A DNA stretch of 40,328 nucleotides from Bugula neritina (lineage: Eukaryota > Animalia > Bryozoa). Below are positions 13,933 through 25,327 of the stretch, piece after piece. The notes beneath the pieces are model-generated. The model did not search any database. It saw only the letters and a program-made list of their open reading frames with translations, and was not told where the DNA came from. Every line of letters begins with the position of its first letter. The first letter of the stretch is position 1. The stretch is from positions 1 to 40,328 of the forward strand of contig CAXIUT010000272.1 in the NCBI GenBank assembly GCA_964035545.1. The letters run 5' to 3'. Both the position numbers and the translations under genes were made by a program.

Positions 13933-15531
13933 ATGCAATGGTAGAAAGTAAAACTTACCTAATAAAGAGCGAATCATCCAATCGCTAGAAACTATCTCTA
14001 AGAAATCTACTCAATCATTAACTCTAGTCACAACAAAAGTCACACATAGTCAACTCAAGACCTAAAACCAGTATCTTATCTTCCATCAAGTGTACACTCA
14101 AAGACAACTTAAAATATTCAACTAAGATAGAGCTAAACTCATGACTGAAAACCGCATGAGAAGAGGATACAGCAGTCAACAAATATCAAGACAGCGATAC
14201 CCTTCAGTATAAAATACAGCAGACGATCGTATTGAGAAACAAAAATTGAAACATGCGATAGGAAAAATCAATTTACTTGCAGATGGAAATGTAGATATCG
14301 AATAAAGTGATCGCATAAGATCGATTTATTTACTGCTTTAGTCACTTTCTAGGTATTTAAGTAGATATTTAGGTACAATAATTGACATAAAGGTATTTAC
14401 TAGTTAATAAAGAACTTAAAATTACTATAAAAAAGCATTCAAATACGTCTACGATTCCTTCAATGAAATAGTTTACATCAATACCATTGATTGGTAAAAA
14501 GAACATCTGTAGTTAATAGCTGGATCAACTAAATGTGAAATGTTGAGTAATACCTCTAATACCTAGTTAAATTGTACAATGGAGTCAAGGATATAACTTA
14601 CAAAGAACTAAGCAATGAACTATTTTATGAATTAGATCGACAACTAAAAAAGAACCAGTAATACAGTCGTTTCAGCTAATCAGCTTATGCATGTATTTTA
14701 TTAAGTTATCAAGAATTATAAAATAAACTTTAATAAAAAAATCATATTATCAAGAAACTCACAGGATCAATCGACTACTATGAAAACCATCCCAGCAAAG
14801 AACAATATGGCTATATCACTGACCTTTAACATAAAACACATTCTTTAGAAAGAGAACTCAGGCAAGCTAATTCTCATATCAAATAACTGGAAAATAGTGA
14901 AGACTATTTAAACCAATATACCAATATGTTGAATTAAAAAGTTTAAGAATTGAAATCAAAACTTTATCAATTTTAGTTAGAACAGTTTTCAAGTCTTAAC
15001 TAAATATAAAAAAACTCAGAACTTAAACAATTCGAATAAAATGTAGCTGTTCTTAAAGATCTTCTTCATAAAGGTTCCATAAGAATGGCCAGTATGCGAG
15101 AAGAATACAATAAACTTGATTCTTATAATAATGAGCTACTAGGATAAAGAAGTGTACTTGCCAAAAGAGCAGCTGTTGGATTTACTGCACTAACACCTAG
15201 ACCCAATTACAGTCAGATATTCAAAGACAATCATCTGAGTTTCTAGGATTTAATTCCTCAAAAAATAAAACCAACTACTGAAGAACTAGTTTCTTCATTG
15301 ATCAAATGCTTTAAAGAATTTTATAATCGTTATGTAGCCAAGGAACCTAGATTAGACGTATAGCAAAAATAAAGTCGTGGACTGGGAAAGGATCCAGGAA
15401 AGCTGATTCTCGGTGAGTTGTAAAAGGCCAGAAAGCAGATGAAGAAGGTGTAAGATATAACAGACAATGTGCATAAAGGATATCAGAAGCAGAAAGATGA
15501 AAAATAGCAGGTAAGGGGCAAAAAGAGATGA
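13933..15531 (+). CDS. Coiled-coil protein with RAAVGFTALTPRPNY motif (possibly TSNAXIP1-like)
   Basis: Long open 3' frame ending at TGA 15529-15531; two inferred 20-nt introns; 5' frame and start uncertain; family call rests only on the LTPRP motif. Confidence 0.55.
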
Positions 15532-15589
15532 TACTATTAATTCATGATTTGTTCAAGAATTTATAATAATTAATACAAATATATAACTG

Positions 15590-15829
15590 ATGAGCGAATA
15601 AGTATCAACCGAAATAATCTTCTCTAATAACTAAATATCAGCTATTTAGATCTTTATGGGCAGTTGCAAATTCGTTCTTTCAGAAATAGAAGACAACCAA
15701 CCTCTCAATCACTATATCAGCGCTCTTAAACTCAAAGATTATGCTAAGGAACACCAAAATCTAGCAAATGGATAAAATATCAAAATAAGCGATCATCTCA
15801 CTCTCTTCAAAGTCGATAAACTCAAATGA
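15590..15829 (+). CDS. Small hypothetical protein, 79 aa
   Basis: ATG-TGA frame filling the gap between neighbours (MSEEVSTEIIFSNNEISAIEIFMGSCKF...). Confidence 0.55.
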
Positions 15830-15888
15830 ATTCTTACTTGTTTTATATCTTTAATTGTAATTATTAATTAGAATAAGTTAATATAAGA

Positions 15889-17931
15889 TCAGAAAAGGTT
15901 AAGGTTGTCCATGAGAAAGTTTCTTATAAATTTATTGCAGTCCAGAACAATTTGAGGCTATCTATTTCCCAACTTTATCTCCAACTACTCCTCAAGTTGA
16001 ATCAAAAAGTCATTGCATTCCAATATAATGTTTCTATTTGCTGAGTGATCTTCTAAAATATTAGTTATTTTTCTTAATAAGAAACGACCTGCTTGTTAGC
16101 TACCTTCTTTAGTCTCCTTTAGAAGCTTTTCTATGTTACTTAGAGATTATTGGTCAGCCAAAGATAATTTCTTACTACTTTGAAGATCATTTTGTTTTGG
16201 CTAAACTTTGTTCAAATGTTCTATTTATGCATCACATATTTTTAATCTTTTAGTGAGATACTATAGTTCATAGGCAAGTTTTTTTCTACTTGCTTCTGAT
16301 TCTTCATATTTTCTCTTCCCCTCTGCAAGTTGTTTCTCGAGGATAGCCATTTTACTTGCTGATACCTTTTGCTATGCTGATTTGTTTTAAAGTCTTTTAA
16401 CTTCTTAGTTAAGTTTACGAATTACTGCCTTATTACTTTTGTCATCAGTTCCTTGACAAAGTGAAGCTATATCATTTCTCAGTTCTTTTATTTTTAATTC
16501 AAGCAGCATTATTTATCTTTCATGGATAGTATACAGTTAATCTAGACCATTTTCATGGGTAAGAATAGTTATTTTCTTATTTAGTTGTTGAATAGTTTGA
16601 TGATATTGAGATATTTCAACTGCATGATTTGCCTTCAAAATAGTTATCTCCTAACTTTCTTTTAAATGTTATCCTCTTTTAGGAAGGGTTTAATCAAACT
16701 GTTTTGTTTCAATATTTTGTCCTCTATGCCTGTCTGTTCTGTGATGAGTGACAGGTGAAGGACTTGTATTATTATTTTCATTGAATTAAGATGGTTCTTC
16801 ATAGTTATTGATCTTACTACTGAAGAGCTAATCATCTTCAGCTTCGTTGATACTGTATTTATGAGTTTTTCTTTAGAATGATCGACAATAATTGAGTTAA
16901 TTTTAATCTGACATCAATCTAGATATAGGAGTTCTATCAGTTTTAGCCTGTTTAACTGACCTACTTTTTTGTACTTCTTTTCTTGATAAAACATTAAAAT
17001 TAAATTGAGAAGGAAGGTCTTTAATATTAGGTTTATAACTATTTTCTATCTTCAAAAATACTGATAAATCTTTTATTTTATCAAAAAAAGATAGTCTTTA
17101 TATCATAAGATTAGAACTACCTTCATTGATCCAATTAAAAGCAATAGTAAATGATTGCTAGAGAAGAAGTGAAGCTACTATATTTGTAATAGGTAATCTT
17201 TTAGTAAGTAGTTTGCTAAAATGCTGATACTTATTGGATGGATTGAGTTTTAAATAGTTAAAAATTTGAGTTAGTTGTGATTTAGCCATTCCTAAATATT
17301 AACTATGCTTATTTCCTTGATTAAAAAATTGTTAAGGCAATACAATGAGGTTAAGTTAATTATTCGAGGGATAATTGTCAATTATTTTTCTTATTTTGAT
17401 TATATTTATAGCTGAATTGCTTTTTTATCTCATAATTTTATCAAGAAAGACTTGACTATTTTAAGATTTAACAGGATAAAAAGTCAGTTGCTTTTCAATA
17501 TCTCTCTAGTTAATTTTAAGATCACTAATAACATCAGTAATTTGATTCTATCCAAATTGCAGCACAGAGTAAACTGCATCTCCTATTATTCTGTTTACTT
17601 CTGATATTAACTGAGTGAATCTAATCTGTTACTTAGGAAGTCCAAAAATTATACTACCATTAAATCCTCTTTAAAATAAATCTGAAAGCAACCTAAGCTG
17701 TCCAGGATTGATATTTTGATTTATTTAGTGATAACCGTATTTTTTATCACTTCCTTTTTGTGTAAAAAATTGTTATCCATGTGAGTTCTTAAATCTTTTA
17801 ACCTGTTAAACATCATGTTAGTGGATAGCTACAAGGCGTAAAGGTTCTAAGACAACTTTAGCCTCGCCTAGGTTGTTGAGTTCACTCACTAATTGACTGA
17901 TCGAACGGTTGCGGTATTCTATTTCGGACAT
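15889..17931 (-). CDS. 680-aa protein: possible degenerate kinesin-like N-terminal domain plus C-terminal coiled coil
   Basis: ATG 17931 and TGA 15889 are in the same frame; both ends translated openly; C-terminal heptad-rich region. Confidence 0.75.
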
Positions 17932-18056
17932 AACTATCAGATTATACACCAGATTATTCAAACTTTGTTAAAAAATAATTAATACTTAAAAATCCTCTAT
18001 CTTAAAGAATAATTTAAGTGTTTAAATACATAAATAAGCATAAAAACAAACAGAGA

Positions 18057-18950
18057 TCAGTTATTTGTCTGATTTGGGTTATCATAAGGAATATTTCTGA
18101 CCATTTCAGCTGGCATATCAACTCTAAAATTGGGAGATTCTTGATTAAATAAATTTCTTTCAACTTTTACTTCTTGATAAGGTTCATTTCCCATATTTAC
18201 TGGAGCAGGATATTCATCATAACGTTAATTTCCATATCTTCTATCAACTTCTGTTGAATAAGGATCTTTTTAAATTTCTAATGACTTCGGTGGAAGCATA
18301 TGTTGAATTTTACTATCATTACGTTCTCTTTCCATGTCTCTTGTTTTTTAAGCACTAGGACTATCATTTTATTATGCTTATGATTCAACATTATCCCTGT
18401 GAAAGTTAGAAGCAATAACTAGATAGAGTGAACAAGGCCATCCTAAGATAAAAGTTATGATAGTATCAGCCAATGCATATCTGAACATATTAATAGTTTT
18501 TGTTTCTAAGTAAGATAGATGTACAAAAATCATGAATAGAAAGACCAAGAGACGAAGCATATCTAGAGGCTCCAGTATAGACTATAGCTGTTAATACTGC
18601 ACTTGCAAAAGTAAATCCAACTACAAGACAAGATACAGCCCAAGAGGCAAAAGCTATTGAAGTACTGCTACGATTTCTGACCAAATTATAAGCAATCAAG
18701 ATAGTTGAACCCATGATAAAAAGACCACTGATAATAGTAAAAGCAGCAGTTGATTTAACTCCTACTTCACTTGCAAAGATCGAAGCAAGGGTAATTGATT
18801 AGTAGGGACTACCTGTATCAGAATAAGTGGCTCCAACTTGATAGAGGCTGATTTACATGCGAGATGAAGTAGTCCATTAATCACAGTGAAAACCAAAGTA
18901 AAAACTTGGATATTCCAACTACTTGCAATACTACGGATCTGAGTTTACAT
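18057..18950 (-). CDS. Four-TM membrane protein with hydrophilic C-tail, 284 aa
   Basis: Four hydrophobic segments; introns of 20 and 19 nt join ORF-track pieces 18490..18714 and 18378..18560. Confidence 0.8.
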
Positions 18951-19021
18951 TCAAATAGTTATTATTAATATGAATATAATTGTACTTAATTAGATATTTT
19001 TTGGATAATAAAAGAGGAAAA

Positions 19022-19711
19022 TCACTATTACTTGTGTACATTCTTTTTTCCAACTCTATTTTTTTCAATTTCTACGATTTTTTATTATTTATTTTATCCT
19101 TAAGAGTTTATTTGGAGTAATTCCTCATATAATTTATCTTATTTTATGAAAATTGGCATCCTCTTGATCTTATTTGATGGTTTCTTTTGACTACCTTGAT
19201 ACATGAGGACTAAAGATGCTGGAAAGGCCAATAAAAGGGTAATAATTCCATCTATTAGTGAGAGATAATATTATTTACTAAAAGAATCTAAATATAAGTG
19301 TTTATACTATTATTTTAAGTAAGTTTATTGATTTATTCATAAAACTGTTGAATTTATTGATATTCATTCAATTAGATGACTCCAACTATAAATGTTAACA
19401 TAGCTGTAAAGCAGCAAATAAGCCATTTTATCATTTCCACCTCCTCATTAACTCCCTTTTTCTTAACTTGAAAACAAGGATAGATAGAAGCTACAATCAA
19501 AAGGATACCAACTACTATCGTAAAAGCTGAAATATTAAATGTATTTCTTTAGGGCGATTGAGTGTATTGATCAGATGATTAGCTGCTTCTGTAAATCAGT
19601 GAAAATCCATCTACTTACAAAACAACTACATATAATATGAAGAATAGCTGACAACGTGATGATAAGATGACAAATAATAGTTATTGCTTTTGTCTTTTTG
19701 GTAACCAACAT
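19022..19711 (-). CDS. Four-TM membrane protein, divergent tandem paralog of 18057..18950, 216 aa
   Basis: ILHIIYG, SAFTIVVGILL and LIDGIITLLLAFPASL align with the neighbour; introns of 19 and 20 nt at equivalent positions. Confidence 0.8.
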
Positions 19712-19957
19712 TAATTAATATCAATAAATAAGGTATACAATTGTTTATATCAGTGCTATCAATTCCAATATTTAATCATTGATTCTATTTTATCTCGTAA
19801 TTTAAAACTTAATAATAAATTATATGTTTTTTACATATCAATGGTTCATTTACTTTATTTGTTTGACGATATTTATCATTATTTTATTGATGACTTGTCT
19901 AAATTTACTAATATAAGTAGATATAAGTTATAAGTGCTAATTTTATTCCAAAATAAG

Positions 19958-21092
19958 ATGCAATAGGAAATGTCTTCTCCTTCTCTTGGAGATTTTTCAT
20001 TATTAAGTTTGCTTGGTTTTGGTAACTACGCTAAGGTGATTCTAGTGCGTCGCAAAGCGAATGGAAGAGTTTATGCAATAAAGATCATTAAAAAGGAGAA
20101 AGAATCAAACCTTAAAGGGATAAAAAAATAACATGCCTTCATAGAAAGATAACTTTTAGTACTGATGAATCTATTTAGAACGAATGCATACATCCTTTCA
20201 TTGTTAAACTATATAGCACTTTTCAAAAAAATAGGAAATTATACTATGTACTATAATATTGTCCAGGAGGATAGCTATTTGGTCTGATACGTAGACTCAA
20301 ACGTTTTAGCGAATAGTCGTACTTTTCATCTTATTTTAGAACAAAATTTTATGCAGCACAAATAATCATCGCTATAGACTATCTACATTCTAAAGGATAT
20401 ATCTACCGCGAGTATTTCATATCCCACTTAGTCTGAAACCTTAAAATGTGCTTATAGATCAAAAAGGATATATCAAACTTGTAGACTTTGGACTCAGCTG
20501 TAAAATCAAACATGCAGCTAAAACAAGTCCAATAGCTGGAACTCCAGAATATATGCCTCCAGAAATATTCGAAAAAGGAGTGCTAATCAATACTGCAGTC
20601 GACTGGTGGGCTCTAGGCAATATCATCTTCGAAATGGTTGCAGGATTTCCTCCCTTCTTTGTACAATATTAATCCATATAAACAATCAAAAATAAGATTT
20701 GCCTTGATTAGCCTCCTCTCCATCTTATAAGTAATCCTCTACTTAAAGATCTTTTGCAAAAACTGTTGGTAAAAGATCCTAATAAAAGATTAGGAAGTAA
20801 AGGATGTTAAGAAATTCACAATCATGATTGGTTTTACGGTACTAATTGGTAGGGTCTTTTGAATCAGAGTATTGTTGCTCCTTTTAAGCCAGAAATAAAG
20901 AATGAGATGGATACAAGGTGGTTTTAGCCTTAACAAAAAGATATGAGTCCTCCTGAGTCAAGTCAGAGTGATAGATCTAGTAACGATAGATATTTTTCTT
21001 TTGATCTTTCTTGGAAGAATAGCAAGGATAACTAAGCTTACTAACAAGGAGCAGCTTCTCCTCCATAAATTGTCATCAATATTTAAAAATGA
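19958..21092 (+). CDS. AGC-family Ser/Thr protein kinase, 357 aa
   Basis: LGFGNYAKV, YAIKII, L(TAA)YCPGG(TAG)LF, YRDLKP(TAA)NV, DFGLS, GTPEYMPPE, DWWALG, APFKP..DTRWF; introns 20159-20178, 20319-20339, 20412-20431. Confidence 0.95.
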
Positions 21093-21614
21093 TCTTGTCT
21101 TTTCTAAGAGTTCATAATTATTACAAATCTATTATTATAATTTCATTAATGAAAATCAATAAATAAAAAGTCTAGTATTTAAATCAATATTATTATGATT
21201 AGATTATTTTCATAAAATAGGTTGAAAAAGTGATAAAAGTTTTAAATATTTATTAGATATTTTATTTTTTTCAACTGATCTCTACAAAAGAGTTTATTTT
21301 CAGCGGGAGTATTCTTTGTTAAAATCGAAAGTAGTCGTCTATTATTCCCCAAAAATAAGTAACCTGAACTTGATAAACTAGGCAAAATAAACTTATTCAC
21401 TTGATTTCTCCAACTAACTCTCTTTCCTAAAAATAGTTGATTTTTTGCCTTCTTTTTCACTACTTTTAAGGGTTTATTTTCATAGAACATCTTCATAATA
21501 GCAAATTTCGTGGTGATAAAATCGAACAAAAGAGAATAGGATGATTAAAAGTAGCTTTAGTTCAAGTGGAATGAGAGTTCAGTTAATATTTATAAGTTAA
21601 TAGAATATCTTCTA

Positions 21615-23016
21615 ATGGAAGAAGAATCACATGATCTATTCAACCAATTGAACTACTCTCAGGTCTATGATCAAGAGGAAAGCAACATAGCTAGCATCTC
21701 TAGAAATTACTACTCGAAAAACTAAAATCTCATCGAAGAACTCAATAGCTTAGATCACGCCAAGTAAAAATTTAAAGCTTTTGTTGAAGAACTAGGACTT
21801 CATAAACGCACTCCCATTCGAGAGGACATCCTTATGTACTGTGGAGATCAAAAAAAGTCATAGAAATTGATAGAAAATAATCCCAAAGCAGAAGCCATCA
21901 TGAAAAAACTAGAGATCAGAATAGATAAGTAAAGAATTTTTTATTTAGAATGCTAAAAACAAGAAGAATAAAACGTAATTGGGGACAATAAGACCTAAAA
22001 ATATTGATCTGGATCATTTCAAAATATTGTGACTGGAAAGGCTACTAAGACCTTGAAAGAGATATCGTATTAATTCATCTATTTAGACTTAAGAAGATTG
22101 GCAGACAGTTGCCTCTTACATTCCTGGAGTAACAGCTCAAGGTTGTATGTTTAGGTGGTTAAGTATAAAAAAAATTACTCTTAGTTCATATAAATGGCTT
22201 TCTTCAGAATCATAACTTTTAGAAAAAATAGTAGTTGAAAGATTAGGTACAAATATCAATGATCATGGAACAATTAAAGACTGGAAGAGCATTTCCCAAT
22301 AGCTATATAAATTGAATTAAGACTAAAATAAAGTGTATAGAAACGCCAAACAATGTAAAGAACACTGGAATTGTCACCTAAATCCATAACTTAAAAAAGG
22401 TCTTTGGCAACCAGAATAAGATATCAAGTTACTTAGATTTATCAGAGACAACAAAGGACTCAAGAAATGGTCATAGTTGGTCAGACATTTTGATGGAAGA
22501 ACCGAAAATGCTCTAAAGAATAGACACAAACTGTTAATTCAAAAACTACAAAAACCCGCCAAGAACAAACATAAAAATGAACTTCAATTAATATCAGACT
22601 ATCTATAGAAGTTAGTAGTGGATCAATTGACTTCTACTATCAGAGGAGACTAAGACCTTATTTTTGAATAAAATTCTTCAATGAAAGAATAGATGGATTG
22701 TATGCTCCCAAAAGTCAAAAAAGAAGACAATAGCTATGAAACATATGACGGAGGAATCACTCCTACTAGAATTTAAAAAGTTAGTCTTTCTAACTTCAGA
22801 AATATGGACTTTCAATTTCTAAAGTCCATTCAGCCTGGAATTATCTAATCGAATGGAACTTTTAAGAAAATTAACTAGAGTCAGAAAGATCTTCCTTTTT
22901 AAAATGAGCCAGAAGCTGTAGAAGGTAAAGATGAAACCAGTATGTCAGTTAAGAAAAGTAGTGGTCCATTCACATTGACTCCTTTAATAAACTATAGATC
23001 TTTTGACATGCATTGA
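21615..23016 (+). CDS. MYB DNA-binding protein with three MYB/SANT repeats, 453 aa
   Basis: WGQEDLKILI..WQTVASYIPG..CMFRW; WKSISQEL..RNAKQCKEHWNCHLNP; KKGLWQPEEDIKLL..KWSELV..GRTENALKNR; introns 21929-21948 and 22067-22086. Confidence 0.9.
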
Positions 23017-23060
23017 TCTTATATTTTGTAAGTAAATTTAGTTAGTTTATTAATTAAAGA

Positions 23061-23477
23061 TCACCTCTTTTTTCTAGTCAACTTTTTAGATCTCTCACTA
23101 GAGGAACGTAAGTTACTATTTCTTCCATTTTGACTAACCACAAGTTAAGATCGATCAGGAGCTTTTTTCGCTTGAGAAAATTATAATGGTTCTTACTCAA
23201 TTAATTGCTTAGCTGAAGGCTTGGGATAGAAATAGTTCTCTACATTACCTAATGCACTCGTTCGGATATTACTATATTATAGATCATTTTAAGTGTTGTT
23301 GATTTAGCGACTGGTGTGTTTCTGCACTTTCATTCTAATTTATTGATTTTAAGCAGATCTACAAGGCTAACTATTGGCTTTGTTAAGGTGAAGTTCTTTA
23401 AGTTTCTGTAACTTTCGAGCTTGACTTCTGTTTTACATTTATTCAAGGGCAGCACTAGAAGAAATGCTAATTCCCAT
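23061..23477 (-). CDS. Hypothetical protein, 138 aa, MGxxxS N-myristoylation-like start
   Basis: Open ATG-TGA frame beginning MGISISSSAALEEMENRSQARKL. Confidence 0.65.
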
Positions 23478-23760
23478 TTTAATAATATATATTCTTTATG
23501 TCCTATTAAAATTCTCATAATGAAACGTTCTATTTGATTTTACCTCAGATATTTTTATACTATCGATATTATTTCACCTTAAAATAAAAAGCTTCAAATT
23601 TTAATTTAATTAAACCTTTTAAAAATCTAATATCAGGAAGATACAGTTCTTGAAAACAATGTATAATTATCTGTTTATTTTTATTAATATAATCAAATAG
23701 TTTAATAGTTAAACCTCTGTTTATAATGATAAAGTTATTTATCAATAGACTACTTAATGT

Positions 23761-24656
23761 TCATTTCTGTCTTTTGCCGTTATCCCATCGCCCTTCCTTC
23801 CAAGTCCCATCTCTTCCCTTATACTTTCCTTAGCCGTGCTGAACTCCATTTTCCCACTCTCCTTCATATTATCTTCCATCTGGCCACCACACTCTTCCAA
23901 ACCCATGCTTTTTATCGTCATAATAATCTCCTTCATAAACTCGTCCATCAGGCCATTTAAAAATACCCTTCCCATGCATCTTATTATCCTTCCAATGTCC
24001 TTCATATTCCTTACCGTCCATCCACAAAATCTTACCAAATCCCTCCATCATGTTATCTTCAAAGGTGCCTTCATAAATAGAACCATCAGGCCAAGTAAAC
24101 TTACCCTTGCCTTGCTTTGAACCTTATTTATGTTATCTACTTTAAAATAAGTTTACCCTTAGTAAGAAGAATTGTCAGTCCATTTCTAAATTCCAAAACC
24201 ATGCTGAATATCTTAATTCCATTCACCAGTATAACTAGATCCATCACTTTTAGTATAAACTCCCTTTCCATGGGCTTTATCGTCCTTCCACTCACCTTCA
24301 TACACGTCGCCATTTGCATGAATAAGCCTACCTCGACCATTCGCCCTATCATCAACCCAATAACCTTCATAAAGAGAAAAGTCATCCCAAACCTGTTTTC
24401 CTCTACCGTTACGCATACCATTGCTGAACTGACCTATATACCTTACTCCATTGTCCATTTAGACAGGACCCTATGAGATGAAGTTTTGTCTTTAGAGATC
24501 ATCGAATTTAAAAGGACCTAATTTAGATGCAATTTATTTCGTTCTTTCGCTATAAAAATCTTAAGGTTTAAGGTTGTAGTCCATAGAACTATCAATTACT
24601 AGAGTGTTTTTAGCTTAAGTTTAGACTGAATTACAAGCCTAACACTGTGTTCCCAT
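23761..24656 (-). CDS. MORN-repeat protein, 291 aa, MGxxCxxC acylation-type N-terminus
   Basis: Tandem YEGEWxxDKxHGxGxxxWxDG repeats; 20-nt intron 24137-24156. Confidence 0.93.
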
Positions 24657-25327
24657 CACTTGATCAATTTGAATATATTAATTTATTGATCAACTGTAAA
24701 CTCAAATAGCTTATTTTATCATATTCTTAATGATCTTATTCAAACAAAAATATCATTAAAACTATATCTTTCATGAAATAAACTGATAATCATTCTCTTT
24801 CATTATTAGAATATTATAAAAATATATGTAGAAGCTAAAATAATTAAAAATAAAGCTTAGAATCTGTTAAATCATAAAAAAATGATTATGAATCAATTGA
24901 AAATAATTTGTATGAGTTATCGAGAAAAAATATTTTTTTCAGATGACAAGTATTAATTGTTTTGATCTTATTAAACAATTAAAACAAGAAATAATAACTT
25001 AATCCTGAAAATTTATATACAATCTTCAAGGCAAATTTATCAAATGTAATTTTAATTTGAAAAGATAGCTGATTTGATAAATTTATTAAAAAGAATAAAA
25101 GAAACAAAAATGAAAAACTCAATAAATATTAAATTTCCAATCAGTTATCGCCCTAAGATGATCTTAAAGGATGATAAAAATATTGAATAAATGAATCGGG
25201 TAAAAAAATGTAACAAAATAAGAATATAAAAAATGATATTTCAGATGATTTAAAGTGCTATTTAAATAATTGATAGATGAAGAGTTGAGATAATTGTCAA
25301 GAGTTTATGAAGTAATTGTATATTATT

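Noticed and set aside
21242-21529. 95-aa minus-strand ORF upstream of the MYB gene
   Set aside because: Non-ATG start in the track, ends on TAA (a sense codon here), no motif; cannot be supported
23754-24476. Multiple overlapping ORF-track entries around the MORN gene
   Set aside because: Shadow and alternative frames of one repetitive gene
24657-25327. Long AT-rich spacer as possible replication origin or retained IES
   Set aside because: No repeats, terminal inverted repeats or distinctive motif visible; ordinary divergent promoter region is sufficient
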